A stretch of DNA of 63,474 nt, filler included, from Chiloscyllium plagiosum (taxonomy: Eukaryota), in the NCBI RefSeq assembly GCF_004010195.1. It is 4 parts of one record of this genome, joined end to end, with 100 filler letters (N's around TTAATTAATTAA, not from the genome) between each part and the next. Parts side by side here need not be neighbours in the genome. Positions count along the whole stretch, not along the records: positions 1 to 21,470 come from NC_057717.1; 3 more parts are not named here. One strand, given 5' to 3'. Of this stretch, positions 1-11,379 are shown piece after piece. Numbering within the stretch: the stretch's first letter is position 1; every line of letters begins with the position of its first letter. The notes under the pieces were generated by a model. That model ran no database searches, was not told where the DNA came from, and worked only from the letters and a program-made list of their open reading frames with translations. The position numbers and the translations under genes are program-made.

Positions 1-70
1 GGATATCTGGTCGGCATTGACAAGTTGATCCGAAGGATACCTTTCTGTTGTGTAAATCTCAATGACTCTG
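1..70 (+). mobile_element. CR1 LINE 3' UTR/tail fragment
   Basis: ggatatctggtcggcattgacaagttgatccgaagg...ctcaatgactct matches the CR1 3' terminus also seen at about 9095-9163 (+) and 6916-6985 (-). Confidence 0.75.
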
Positions 71-492
71 TGAGTAATCCACTGCGTCATTCTGCTTCAA
101 AATATCAGGCAGTATTTCACAATCATTACTGTAATTCTTAACCATTAACATTCCATGGCACAGATACCGCTAAATCTTAATTACTAGACAACCAGGGAAG
201 TTCTCTGTTGATATCAGATTGGCCAACATCTGATTCAATATTGCATTCCCCCATCTTTCAGTACATGATTCATTCAGCTCTGTTACAGCTTGTTTGAAAT
301 ACACAGACAATTCAGTCATCTGCTAGACTGCAGTATTTATGCCATAAGACCCCACCTTACAGCTATGCTGCTGTATCACAGTGGTTGACTCATTGCTTTT
401 GTAAGCCTGTGGTTGTGAGTTTGTGCCACCCTGAGCCACGTGTGAAATTTGACAAACCTGCCGCATCTAACATCCAAAGGAGCATTTTGCAG

Positions 493-950
493 CAAACGGA
501 TTCTGCTGTTCAAGCCTGAAAGGGGACAAGTATGCCAAGCCGGTCGAATCCTACTTCCCGGATTTGGTCAGTTCTGAGGCCGATGTCATTCTTGGAGGGA
601 TGTCACTGCATGATTCTCTCTGTCGGTAAAAATGAGTCTCAGTTCCACGAGGGAGCAAGAAGACATTTTATCAATCTCAGGCAAAAGCAGACGTTGCTGA
701 AAGACCTGGTTCGGAGGAATTGCCACCGAACCCGTAAATTTAACTCTGATTTAACCTCACAAATACTACCAGAACAGGTGAGCTTTTGCAGCAACTTCTA
801 CTTTTGTTTCCCATTCAAATTTCAGTCCTAATTGTTGTGTCGTTGAAGTGCAAAATATTCCAGTGAAAATATCATTGAGATGACCAGTCGAAACTTCAGT
901 GTAAATAAGGTGAAAGGCCAAGTGCTGAAAACTAGGATGATGGGCCCCTA
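493..950 (+). pseudogene. Possible decayed IgSF exons (V-like 493-777, C-like from 826)
   Basis: Acceptor ttttgcag|493 gives QTDSAVQA*KGTS; donor cag|gtgagc at 778; acceptor tttcag|826 then CVVEVQNIPVKISLR*. Only loose motif resemblance. Confidence 0.2.
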
Positions 951-1042
951 ATGGTGAAGTAAAATACTCGTTGACTCCATCAGACTAGAAGAGAAAGTTG
1001 TCTCCAAAGACCAAAAACAACGATAAAGCTATTTTCAAACAA

Positions 1043-1590
1043 ATGAGAAACGTGCTCTTGCTTATATCCCTGGTGGCAGAGAGAGTAGGAATCGGTGCTT
1101 CTCCCACTTTTGCTCGGCTTCCGGTTCCTAATCTGAAAATTCGAATTTATTGTTGCAGATTGTTGCAACAGCAAAATCAGAGCAAATATGACAGGAATCA
1201 ATCAATGCCGTCGAGAACATCAGAGCTCTTTCTGAAAGAAGGGGACATTACCAGACTGTCTCTGTTCAGTTGGAAAGTTCACTCTTCATTCTCCTGATTC
1301 CACTTCGGAAAGGGTTCTGAAAGGTTCACAAAGTTGAAATCTGAGATTTCATTTGGCGAAACGGTCCGCTGCTCGCGCAGTGAGCTATGCCACCAGACTA
1401 TCACTCATGACTCATCGAGTGTCATGGCATTCAAGGATTTAGTTACGTGGTTCAAATCCCGGACAGGTGCATATGCCCTGTCTGCACGAACACAAAAATA
1501 TTCGATCTAGTTTCTCAAAAAATAGTCTGTGTAAATGACTTTGAACAGCCTGAAGTCGAGATGGAGAAGGGCTGCTATTGCAGCAAACAC
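1043..1590 (+). pseudogene. Leader exon + short intron + decayed V-like exon
   Basis: ATG at 1043 gives hydrophobic MRNVLLLISLVAER; gt 1085 to ag 1158 is a 74-nt intron. Downstream frames carry VTWFK, IPDR and MTLNSLKS/EKGCYCSK, resembling V-domain C, D and E-F strands. Multiple stops and frameshifts. Confidence 0.3.
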
Positions 1591-1633
1591 AAAAAAGGGA
1601 AATTATTTGTCAAAGTGAAATCCTGTGTTTCAG

Positions 1634-1845
1634 ATTGTTCACTGAGTCAACCCGACTTTGAATGAAACTACCAGCTGCATTATTTGTAAATTCAGCTCGT
1701 GAAACTTAGGAATTGGGGAAATTACGTGATTCAAGAAAGCAATGAACAGGATGATGTGAATGGTGCAGCGTATGTGCAATTTCAGCTGTGAAGGTAAAAT
1801 GGAAAGTTGGGGCTGTTTTCCTTAGAGAACAAAAGTCTGAAAGCT
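1634..1845 (+). pseudogene. NKp30/NCR3-like IgV exon remnant, 3'-truncated by Penelope
   Basis: Acceptor tgtttcag|1634; phase-1 DCSLSQP, then shifted ETTSCIICKFSS*NLGIGEIT*FKK and ...AVFLREQKSE. Resembles NKp30 VSQP..LPCSF..LAIGSVTWFRD..RFLHDHQAEL, with the Trp codon read as TGA. Confidence 0.5.
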
Positions 1846-2560
1846 GTTCTTCCCTTGCCACTGCAGCGGGTGAAAAATCTGCGCCCTCAGCACTCACCTC
1901 ACCTCTGTCTGTCACACCGAAGGCTCCTTTCATATCCGGCAGAGATTTTCTTGCAAATGCAAACACCTTATCTACAGTGTCCGTTGTTCTTGACGTGGTC
2001 TCCTGGACACTGGTGAGACAGGACACTAATACCTAGATCCTTGCAGAGAACATCTCTGGGATACACGCACTAAACAATCCCATAGTACTATTGCTCACTA
2101 CTTCATCTCCCCCTCCCAAAGCCGTGCAAGTCCTGGGCCTCCTCCACCTTCAAATACAAGCTAATCGATGAGTGTGGGGAGAACACCTCGTCTTCCTGTA
2201 TGGGACCGTACAAACTCTCGGCATCAACGTTAACTTCACCAGTTTCCTCATCTGCCCTCCCTAAACCCTCATCGCTGGTCTAACGTTCCAACTAGATATC
2301 TACCCCTTGACTGTCCTATCTGCCCATCTTCCACCGCACCAGCAGTTCCATACTCCGCTCTGACCTATCACCATCAACCTGCAGCCTGCATCGACTGATT
2401 AACTTCCCAGCTCCAGTCCCATTCCTGTCCCCCACACACCTATTTATCTCTCCGCACTTGAAACCTCCCCTCATTCCTAATGAAGAGCGAACGTCTGCAA
2501 CGTAGAATTTCCTGCTCCTGATGTTGCCTTACCAGCTGTGCTTTTCCAGACCCAAACATT
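1846..2560 (+). mobile_element. Penelope-like element (GIY-YIG region + 3' pLTR), decayed
   Basis: Translates FPCHC..GSFHIRQRFSC..LIYSVRCS*RGLLDTGETG..REHLWDT (YIGETG endonuclease region). Ends with cattcctaatgaagagc...gctgtgcttttcc. Confidence 0.85.
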
Positions 2561-2579
2561 TAACATCTGCTTGACCTTT

Positions 2580-2905
2580 CCAAAGTCATGAAGGTTCTAG
2601 TCAGGAGAAATAAGGGAGTGAAAATGCTCCAACGCATGAATGTAACTAGAATCACTCGGCAGAGATTGAATGTCATCAGGAAAAGAAGTACAACTGACAT
2701 GAGGAATATGACGTTTGCACAGGGAGTGATACATGTCCGCAATTCACTGTCTGACAGTGACAAAGATTCAGATTCGATTGACAAAAAGGGGAAATCGATG
2801 TTTACATGAAAAGAAAGAATGTTCAGAATTACATGGAGAGAGCAAAAGAGTGCCACTGCAGAGCTTTCAGAGAGAAGGTGGGCTCTCTGGCCTCCAACTG
2901 CACGA
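2580..2905 (+). mobile_element. Old CR1 LINE 3' fragment
   Basis: Decayed ORF2 C-terminus and 3' UTR (aaagtcatgaaggttctag...gacatgagg...ggcctcc). Confidence 0.7.
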
Positions 2906-4028
2906 TGACACACGTTGTGATACTGAGTGAAATCAGCTTTAGTACAACAGAATGTGGGACATTTGACAGTGTGTATATTTGCCCAACAGCACATTGCACA
3001 ACAGCAATGAAGGAGTTATAACATCATTATCAACGTTACATGCCACATGCCAGATGGAAAACTGAGTATTTCTCTCCATCATTGAGGTTTGTCTTTACAC
3101 ATATTGACCTCAGGTGTGTGGCATGGCGCATTCGGAGCGAAAGGTGTGAAACCCAGTGATCATTGAATCAACGCCATCTCCTCCTGTGTGGCAGTTTCAC
3201 GAGCACTGCAATTTGCTGTGCTTCCAGTAATAGATACAAACATATATTGCATAAAACATTGGTGAAGTTGGCACAGAGGAGTTGATACGCGTGTGAAGGT
3301 CTGAATGGCCTTATCCTGTTCTCAGTCGGTCTGCTATGATCTACATCATACCGTCTCTCTTCTGTGAGATGGGAATAAGCTCGTGAATTTGTAAAAAAAA
3401 AATCAAGTTGTGATGTGTTTCATGNNNNNNNNNNNNNNNNNNNNNNNNNNNNNNNNNNNNNNNNNNNNNNNNNNNNNNNNNNNNNNNNNNNNNNNNNNNN
3501 NNNNNNNNNATGACACACGTTGTGATTCTGAGTGAAATCGGCTTTAGTACAACAGGATGTGGGACATTTGACAATGTGTATATTTGCCCAACAGCACATT
3601 TCACAACAGCAATGAAGGAGTTATAATATCATTATCAACGTTACATGCTACATGCCAGATGGAAAACTAGTATTTCTCTCCATCATTGAGGTTTGTCTTT
3701 ACAGATATTGACCTCAGGTGTGTGGCATGGCGCATTCGGAGCGAAAGGTGTGAAACCCAGTGATCATTGAATCAACGCCATCTCCTCATGTGTGGCCGTT
3801 CCACGAGCACTGTAATTTGCTGTGCTTCCAGTAATAGATACAAACATATATTGCATAAAACATTGGTGAAGTTGGCACAGAGGAGTTGATACGCTTGTGA
3901 AGGTCTGAATGGCCTTATCCTGTTCTCAGTCGGTCTGCTGTGATCTACATCATACCGTCTCTCTTCTGTGAGATGGGAATAAGCTCGTGAATTTGTAAAA
4001 AAAAAGATCAGTTGTGATTTGTTTCATG
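2904..4028. repeat. Near-identical ~520-bp direct duplication flanking an N gap (2904-3424 / 3510-4028)
   Basis: Both copies run atgacacacgttgtgat...gtttcatg with only scattered substitutions. Confidence 0.95.
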
Positions 4029-4158
4029 CACAGGACTCCGCACACTATTTCCCCATGCTGTTTCACACAGCCATGTCCTGGCGGACAATTAAATTTATTG
4101 CGGACTGAACCAAGTAAATATCCGTAATTGGATTTTACCAACACCGTGTAAATTTCAG

Positions 4159-4680
4159 GATCACCGTTAATGTGGAGAGGGTCCGTTAGACTTCGGTTAT
4201 CGCTCCTGTTGTTGAGACAAACATCACTTTAACTGTGCCCAGTGAGAGCAAAGAATTGCTGTTGCTGTGAAACATTTCTTTGCGAAACCTCTGTCACTCT
4301 GCTGGAACGGGAGGAGTTGGAATTTCCTGATGGATTGAAGCATAAAATTGGGTAGATTAAGTAACAAAATATCATTACATGTTATTAACACCATGCTGTC
4401 TCCAACTGAAAGTGACGGCTGAACAGAGGGATGTGGCTGCGTGTTACCCAATGATGAACACTTTGTGCTTTACATATCACACTGGGGGAACTGAGCATTT
4501 AGCAAAACAATGGGTAAACCACTTCCCTGAACCATTGTTCACAGCTACAAATGCCAGGAAAACATCTCGTCTGATTGAAAGTAGCAGGAACAAAACACTT
4601 TGCCCAGTGAATATCGCATACAGCAAAATCTGTTGCCAGGTAAAACTCGCGGAGGTAAATCCTCAAAACGCACTGCGAGC
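4159..4680 (+). pseudogene. Possible decayed Ig C1-set remnants
   Basis: Acceptor tttcag|4159; VKHFFAKPLSLCW (4267-4305) resembles the C1 FYPxxIxVxW motif; VAACYP..KICCQV in ORF 4379-4684. Confidence 0.25.
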
Positions 4681-5138
4681 CTGAGGTGGTTTGAACACGC
4701 AACTTTCTGATCTGGAGTCAGACGCTCCACAAGCCAACAGCCACACTCTTGCTATTACATGCGATTCAGGGAAGTTATCGTACTGTGATAATCTTGCATT
4801 ATGACCAGCAGTAGAGGGCAAAAAACGAATGCCTGTTCTATATTATTCGTGCTCTGTCCCTTTGTCTCTCGAATCACCGTATCCTTCTGTCTCTCTGTTT
4901 CGTTTTTACTCTGCCTCCCCCGTTCCTCCCTTCTACAATTCATTGTCTCAACTCCGCTCAACTTGGCCATTCCCCTCCTGCTTCATAGATTCGGCTCTAA
5001 ACTTGTCTCTGGGATCCTGATTCGAGTCTGTACGTCACAGGGTGGATTCAGGACAGAGACAACGAGAGACAAAGTTTCTGCGTGGGGTTCAAAAAAGGAC
5101 GGACTGTGTTCCATTCTGATTTTCCTGTTATTGTCCAG

Positions 5139-5419
5139 GCAGCTGAACTACGTTTTGTGTATCCACATGCAAAATCGTTTCCTGGTGACATGGATGAATT
5201 TGCAGTGACTGGCATCAGGCTGTCCTCGTCTCTGCACAATGAAAGTCTCAGCCTGTATTTTGGTAAAGTAAAACTGGTCGAAGACAATTACGGTTTCAGT
5301 AACTGCAGTCTGAAGTTCGAACTCGCTGACATCCAGGTTTCAGAACCTTGCCGATTTCTTAACACCTCAGACTCTGTGGTGCGTTTAGTCAGCACATACG
5401 GCTGTTCACCAAAATATTA
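5139..5419 (+). pseudogene. Decayed V(J)-type IgSF exon, copy 1
   Basis: Acceptor ttgtccag|5139 and donor gtgagt at 5420. LC..RFLVTW, SLKFELADIQVSE and AFSQHIRL occur in shifting frames. Homologous to 13605-13850 and 14409-14654. Confidence 0.4.
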
Positions 5420-5574
5420 GTGAGTTACTATGGCTCATTCTCGAAGCATTCGAGGTGCATCTTCCAAAGCATGCAACACACTGTGTTTGTCAGAAGTTTG
5501 GAACACACTTGTGCAAGCAGCAGCGGATACAGGATTATTTGTTAATTTTAAATCTGAGGCATCCATTTTGGTAT

Positions 5575-6226
5575 TGCAGAGGAGACAGTCACACTCCTTA
5601 GATTAACTACCTCATATCGGTCAGTGATCAATGACAGAAGGGTGTGACTGGGATTGAGTCAGGTAGAGGGAAACAGAGGGTAGTACTGAAGGACTCTCAG
5701 CCTTTTAGCCACTCCAACAGGTTTGAGTTACTTCCTCCCTGTGTGGATGAAAATGCTGGCTGTAGGGAGGATGAGCAAAGAGAGGAAAAAAATGTGGTTG
5801 AGGTGGGAATTCAAGAGGAGGGAGAAAAGAGGAATATCGGTATAATCGTTGACAGTAACTGCCAGGAAATAGAGACTGTTCCCTATGGCCCGACTCAAGG
5901 GTCCCAAAAGCTCTATTGTCTGCTTGGTGCGCATTTTCAGGTTACTCATCTGGGCTGTAGATGAACTTGGAGTGGGAGAGGAATGATCCAGAGGTTGATG
6001 TAGGTGGAAAGAGGAAAGAAGTTCTGTTGATGGAATTTAGGTTGGTGCTAAATTCGAAAACATGCTCAAAAAGTAATAATCTCTTGATTACTACCTGGTC
6101 CATAAAGAAATCGGCACAAGATCAGCAAAAATAACGAGGTAACTGTGTGGTTGAAAGACTGGTGTGGGAGAACTGCGTGCTATTTCATTGGAATTTGGGG
6201 CCAGAACTGGCGAAGGATTGAACTGT
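5575..6226 (+). mobile_element. CR1 ORF1 (SGNH esterase-like) fragment
   Basis: SNRFELL..CVDE..RNIGIIVDS..LYCLLGA..WLKDWCG, typical of CR1 ORF1. Confidence 0.8.
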
Positions 6227-6726
6227 NNNNNNNNNNNNNNNNNNNNNNNNNNNNNNNNNNNNNNNNNNNNNNNNNNNNNNNNNNNNNNNNNNNNNNNNNN
6301 NNNNNNNNNNNNNNNNNNNNNNNNNNNNNNNNNNNNNNNNNNNNNNNNNNNNNNNNNNNNNNNNNNNNNNNNNNNNNNNNNNNNNNNNNNNNNNNNNNNN
6401 NNNNNNNNNNNNNNNNNNNNNNNNNNNNNNNNNNNNNNNNNNNNNNNNNNNNNNNNNNNNNNNNNNNNNNNNNNNNNNNNNNNNNNNNNNNNNNNNNNNN
6501 NNNNNNNNNNNNNNNNNNNNNNNNNNNNNNNNNNNNNNNNNNNNNNNNNNNNNNNNNNNNNNNNNNNNNNNNNNNNNNNNNNNNNNNNNNNNNNNNNNNN
6601 NNNNNNNNNNNNNNNNNNNNNNNNNNNNNNNNNNNNNNNNNNNNNNNNNNNNNNNNNNNNNNNNNNNNNNNNNNNNNNNNNNNNNNNNNNNNNNNNNNNN
6701 NNNNNNNNNNNNNNNNNNNNNNNNNN

Positions 6727-9165
6727 GGAGCTGCAGGAGATGGGGGAAATACTAAGCAAGTGTTTTACATCAGTATTTACTGTACAGAAGCACATAGAAG
6801 ATGTAGAATGTAGGGAAATAGATGGTGTCAACTTTGCAAATGTCCACATTACAGAGGAGGAGGTGCTCGTTGTCAAACAACGAAAGGTGGATAAATCCCC
6901 AGGACCTTATCAGGTCATAGATTCACAGAGATGTACAGCATGGAAAAAGACCCTTCGGTCCAACCCGTCCATTCCGACCTGATATCCCAAACCAATCGAC
7001 TTCCACCTGACAGCACCCGGCCCATGTCACTTCAAACCATTCCGATTCATATACCCATCCAAATGTTGAAATTGTACCAGCCTCCACCACTTCCTCTGGC
7101 AGCTCATTCCTTACACGTACCATCCTCTGTGTGAAAACGTTGCCCCTTATGTCTCTGATACATCTTTCCTCTCTCGACCTAAACCTAAGCCTTCTTGTTC
7201 TGGACTCCTCTACCCCAGGGAAAAGACATTGTTTATTTATCCTATCCATGCCCCTCATAATTTCGTAAACATCTATACGATCACCCCTCAGCCTCCGAAG
7301 CTGCAGGGGAAACAGCCCCAGCCTGCCCAGACTCTCCCTGTAATTCAAATTCTCCAACCCTGGTATCATCCTTGTAAATCTTTACTGAAACCTTTCAAGT
7401 TTCACAACATCTTTCTGATAGGAAGGAAACCAGAATTGCACACAATATTCCAACAGTCGGCTAATCAATGTCCTCTACAGCCAGACCATAACCTTCCAAG
7501 TCCTTTACTCTATATTCTGACCAATAAAAGAAAGCATACCAAACGACTTCTTCACGATCCTATCTACCTGCGACTCCACTTTCAAGGAGCTATGAACCTG
7601 CACTCCAAGGTCTCTTTGATCAGCAACACTCCCTGGAACCTTACCAGGTCCTGATCAGGTGTACCCCCGGACTCTGTGGGAAACTCAGGAAGTCATTGTT
7701 GGCCCCTTGCTGAAAAATGTGTATCCTCGATAGTCACAAGTGATGTGCCAGAAGACTGGAGGTTGGCTAACGTGGTGTTGCTATTTAAGCAAAATGTTAA
7801 TGAATAACCATTGAACTGCAGACCAGTTCGCCTGACGTCAGTGGTAGGTAAGTTGAAGGAGGGAATCATGAGGGACAGGATTTGCATGTGTTTAAAAAGG
7901 TAGTGTCTAATTAGGGACAGTCAGCATTGCTTTGTGCGTGGGAAATCATGTCTCAAGAAATTGATTGAGGTTTTTGAAGAAGTAACAAAAAGGGTTGATG
8001 AGGTACCGGAACAGTCAGTGTGAGGGATATGGACTTCAATAAGGTGTTTGAAAAGGTTCCACATGGAAGATTGGTGAGCAAAGTTAAATCTCATGTAACA
8101 CAGGGAAAACCAGCTATTTGGATACAGAACTGGCTCGAAGGTAGAAGACAGACTATGGTGGTAGAGGGATGTTCTTCAACCTGGAGACCTGTGACCAGTG
8201 GAGTACCTCCAGGATCGGTGCTGGATCCACTATTTTCATCATTTATATAAATGACTTGGATGTGAACATAGGAGGTATAGTTAGAAAGTTTGCAGGTGAC
8301 ACCGAAGTTGGAGGTCTAGAGTACGGCTAATAAGGTTACCTCAGATTACAATGAGATCTGGATCAGATGGTCCAATGGGCTGAGATAGGCAGATGGTAGA
8401 TTAATTTAGATAAAAGTGAGGTGCTGCATTTTGGGAAAGCAAATCTTAGCCGGACTTATGCAATTAATGGTATGGTCCTAGGGAGTGTTCTTGGACCAAG
8501 TGGCCTTGGAGTGCAGGTTCATAGTTCTTTGAAAGTAGAATCCCAGATAGATAGGATAGTGAAGAAGTTGTTTGGTCTGCTTGCGTTTACGGATCAGAGC
8601 ATTGAGTTGAGGAGTTGAGAGGTCGCGTACTGGCTGTACAGGACATTGGATAAGCCACTTTTTGAATATTGCGGGCAATTCCTGTCTCCTTCCTATCGGA
8701 AGAATGTTGTAAAGGATGTTGCCAGGATTGGAGGATTTGAGCTACAGGGAGAGGTTGAAGGGCCTGTGGCAATTTGAGGCTGAGGGGTGACTATATAGAG
8801 GTTTATACAAACATGCGTTGTATGGATAGGATTAACAGACAAGGTCTTTTCCCTGAGATAGTGGAGTCCAGAACAGGTCGGCCTTGGTTCAGGGTGAGAG
8901 GGGAAAGAAATAAAAAGAACCGAAGGGACAACCTTTTCATGTAGAGAGTGGTGTGTGTATGGAATGAACTGTTCGAGGAAGTGGTGGAGGCTGGTACAAT
9001 TACTGCATTTAAAAGGCATCTGTCTGGGTATACGAACAGGAAGGGTTGAAAGGGGATTTAGGCCAAGGACTGGCAAATGAGATGAGATTGTGTTAGGATA
9101 TGTGGGTGACGTGGATGAGTTGGAACGAAGGATCGGTTTCTGTGCTGTACATCTCTATGACTGTA
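6727..9165 (+). mobile_element. CR1 ORF2 (RT) to 3' end, decayed
   Basis: DKSPGP, MDFNKVFEKVPHGRL, VTSGVPPGSVL, LHFGKAN; ends in a CR1 3' UTR at about 9160. Confidence 0.92.
6916..7643 (-). mobile_element. 5'-truncated CR1 nested in antisense inside the + CR1
   Basis: ORF 6923-7369 is the ORF2 C-terminus. 17-bp TSD ccaggaccttatcaggt (6899-6915) / ccaggtcctgatcaggt (7644-7660). Confidence 0.9.
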
Positions 9166-9495
9166 AATGTTTTCCACTGTCCATTTCCAGCCAAACACTT
9201 CATTGTTTCCCCTGTTTACCTTGGTCAGTTCTCCTCTCAAACACATGTAAACGGCTTTGGTTGTGATTGTCAGGTGAGCTTTATGGTCACTTTTAAAATG
9301 CATCATCTCTTTGAATTCCACTATGCTAAAATTTCCCAGAGGATATCTCAGTGTGACATCACTCCTTCACTCAGCGTCTTCACCCAACTGTCTTTCCGAG
9401 ATAGTCACGTCCCTGGTCATTTGCGCAATGTGTTATTCAAAGAAACACTGACAAAAACATTCGAATAGGTGTTCTAAGAATATCATTTTTGACAG

Positions 9496-9780
9496 AGATT
9501 GAAGTCTCCCAAAATTATCGCAGTGCCTTAGCATTACACAGGAATTCATTGGCATGTGCAACAGTGTTGAGCAATGAAATGCTATTAGGCAGCCTAAAAA
9601 ATGTTCTTCTGCTTGTGGTTTTGACACGTGTTACCCAGAATCTGCATTCAGGCTGATTCAGCTGCATAGCCTAAGGCCATATTATTCCTCTGTAATGCCT
9701 TTGTTACCCTTTACTGTCAGGGTTACTCACCCTGCACTCCCATTCTGCCTGAGACCCCTCAAGGATGTGTACAAGTGAAC
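9496..9780 (+). pseudogene. NKp30/NCR3-like IgV exon remnant
   Basis: Acceptor atttttgacag|9496; phase-1 EIEVSQNYRSALALHRNSLAC..LLGSLKMFFCLWF*; shifted IQLHSLRPYYS and LYC (E-F strand-like). Confidence 0.42.
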
Positions 9781-10139
9781 ATTTATGTTCCACCTTTTGT
9801 TTCTCCTGTAACCAAGTCTTTCTGGTGATCAAATCTTATTTATCTCTGTGTCACAAGCCTATTATCCTATTACAGATACTTTGTCCATTTCCCAGAATTT
9901 CCTGTCACAGTCTAATTTACTGATGTAGAGTTTTAGTTAAACTCTGTCCCTTCCCGTTCCTTTCTGCTAGTATTCAGTCACGTCCTCATGCTGTTCTGAT
10001 GCTTCACCTCTTCTCTTTGGATTTTGAACGTTCCTTTCAACTGAACCCTGTCCCTGCATCCTTTCTGACAGTTTAAAGCCTTGTCCATAAACCTACCTAC
10101 ATGATTTGCCACGAATCTGCTCCTAGCAGTGTTGCTTTA

Positions 10140-10370
10140 AATTGACTCGTGGGATGTTTCTGTCGCTGGCTGGTTAGCATTTATTCCCACCTCCAGCTGC
10201 CCTTGAGCTGAGTGGCTTCTTGGATCATTTCAGAGGGCAGTTGAGAGTCAACCTCCTTGCTCTGCGTCTTGAGTCACATGTAGGCCAGACCTGCTTTCGA
10301 TAACAGATTTCTTTCCTTGAAGGATATTAAGCAGTTAGATGGGTATAGCTGACACCGGCATTAAATTGTC
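10140..10370 (-). mobile_element. tRNA-derived SINE fragment
   Basis: gggatgt..gtcgctggctgg..agcatttatt..gagggcagttgagagtcaacc..gagtcacatgtaggccagac; same family as 24575-24900 and 35705-35930. Confidence 0.75.
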
Positions 10371-10601
10371 GATGAACAGTCTGGTGAGACGAACACGAGT
10401 ACATCGCCTCTACCACTTGTAGCTCATCCGTCACTGAGTAATGATTCCAGTGTACCAGGAATCAAAACCCGTTCATCTTGACCATTGTGTGATCCTGAAA
10501 TCTTCCAGCACTCTGATGATATAACTCAGTATCTCTCCTTGTGATATCCCTCACTTTGTTGATCTAATTGTTGCCTCTGTCAGTGCCTCTCACTCTTGCA
10601 G

Positions 10602-10890
10602 CTACTCCAGATCCTGAGCCAACAGAATTATCGACTTCCGAGAGACGCAGCAGCCCAGGCCAGGGATGGAGACTGGGATTTTACAGATCTCTGTGGGACA
10701 CAGTGACATTCTCCATGCTATCCCTCACTGCATCAGTCTAATTTCCCATTCTGCCTATTTCTTTCTCTCCTGTAGATACTCAGCAAGGTCCTGACTCAAT
10801 AACCTTCCCAGCTGCTGCGTGTCTCGTCCATCACCTCATTGAAGGCAATTGGTCAGCCGGAGGGCAGGGAGGTCTGGAGCCTTCAATAAA
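10602..10890 (+). pseudogene. Two short putative 3' (stalk/cytoplasmic) exons + polyA signal, copy 1
   Basis: Acceptors ctcttgcag|10602 (ATPDPEPTELSTSERRSSP) and tctcctgtag|10776 (DTQQGPDSITFPAA), with AATAAA at 10885. All are conserved at 37236-37513. No canonical GT donor after the first exon. Confidence 0.3.
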
Positions 10891-11284
10891 TCCTAAAGCG
10901 AGTTAAGATCACTCACAGTGAGCAGAGCAGGGAACAGTTAAACGGCGAGAATCTTCAGCTCACAGGACATGCCATAGATACAGTGCTGAAGGGTAAACAC
11001 AAGCATGAAGCTCCCAGGCTCAATCCACACCCTCAATGCCCACCCTCTTGTCAGATGATTACTTTCAGCTCTGCTGTACTGAGCCTTCCTGATACAGCAT
11101 AGGGGGGTTCACAGTTATCAATCCAGGCCTGTGCTGTCTTAGTGAGCATCAATACAATAGCGGCAAAAGCAGGCCTCCCGAGAGAGGGTGGTATTGAAGC
11201 CAGAGATCTTTCTGTTCTTTATTTCCACTACAATACTCTGTTGTCATAGCATAGAGTCCGACACCAAGGAAACAGACCCATAGG

Positions 11285-11368
11285 TCCACCTCATCTGTGC
11301 CAGTGCCTTAAATACTTCTAACTCTGTCCACCTCATCTGTGCCAGTGCCTTAAATACTTCTAACTCTG
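11285..11368. repeat. Perfect 42-bp tandem duplication
   Basis: tccacctcatctgtgccagtgccttaaatacttctaactctg x2. Confidence 0.95.
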
Positions 11369-11379
11369 AGTACAGTTCC

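Noticed and set aside
3700..3765. Acceptor followed by VWHGAFGAKG as a J segment
   Set aside because: No FGxG motif, RSS or donor; too weak to call.
6091..6982. Long ORFs in the track here and at 47884-48617
   Set aside because: They are open only because they run through 500-N gaps.
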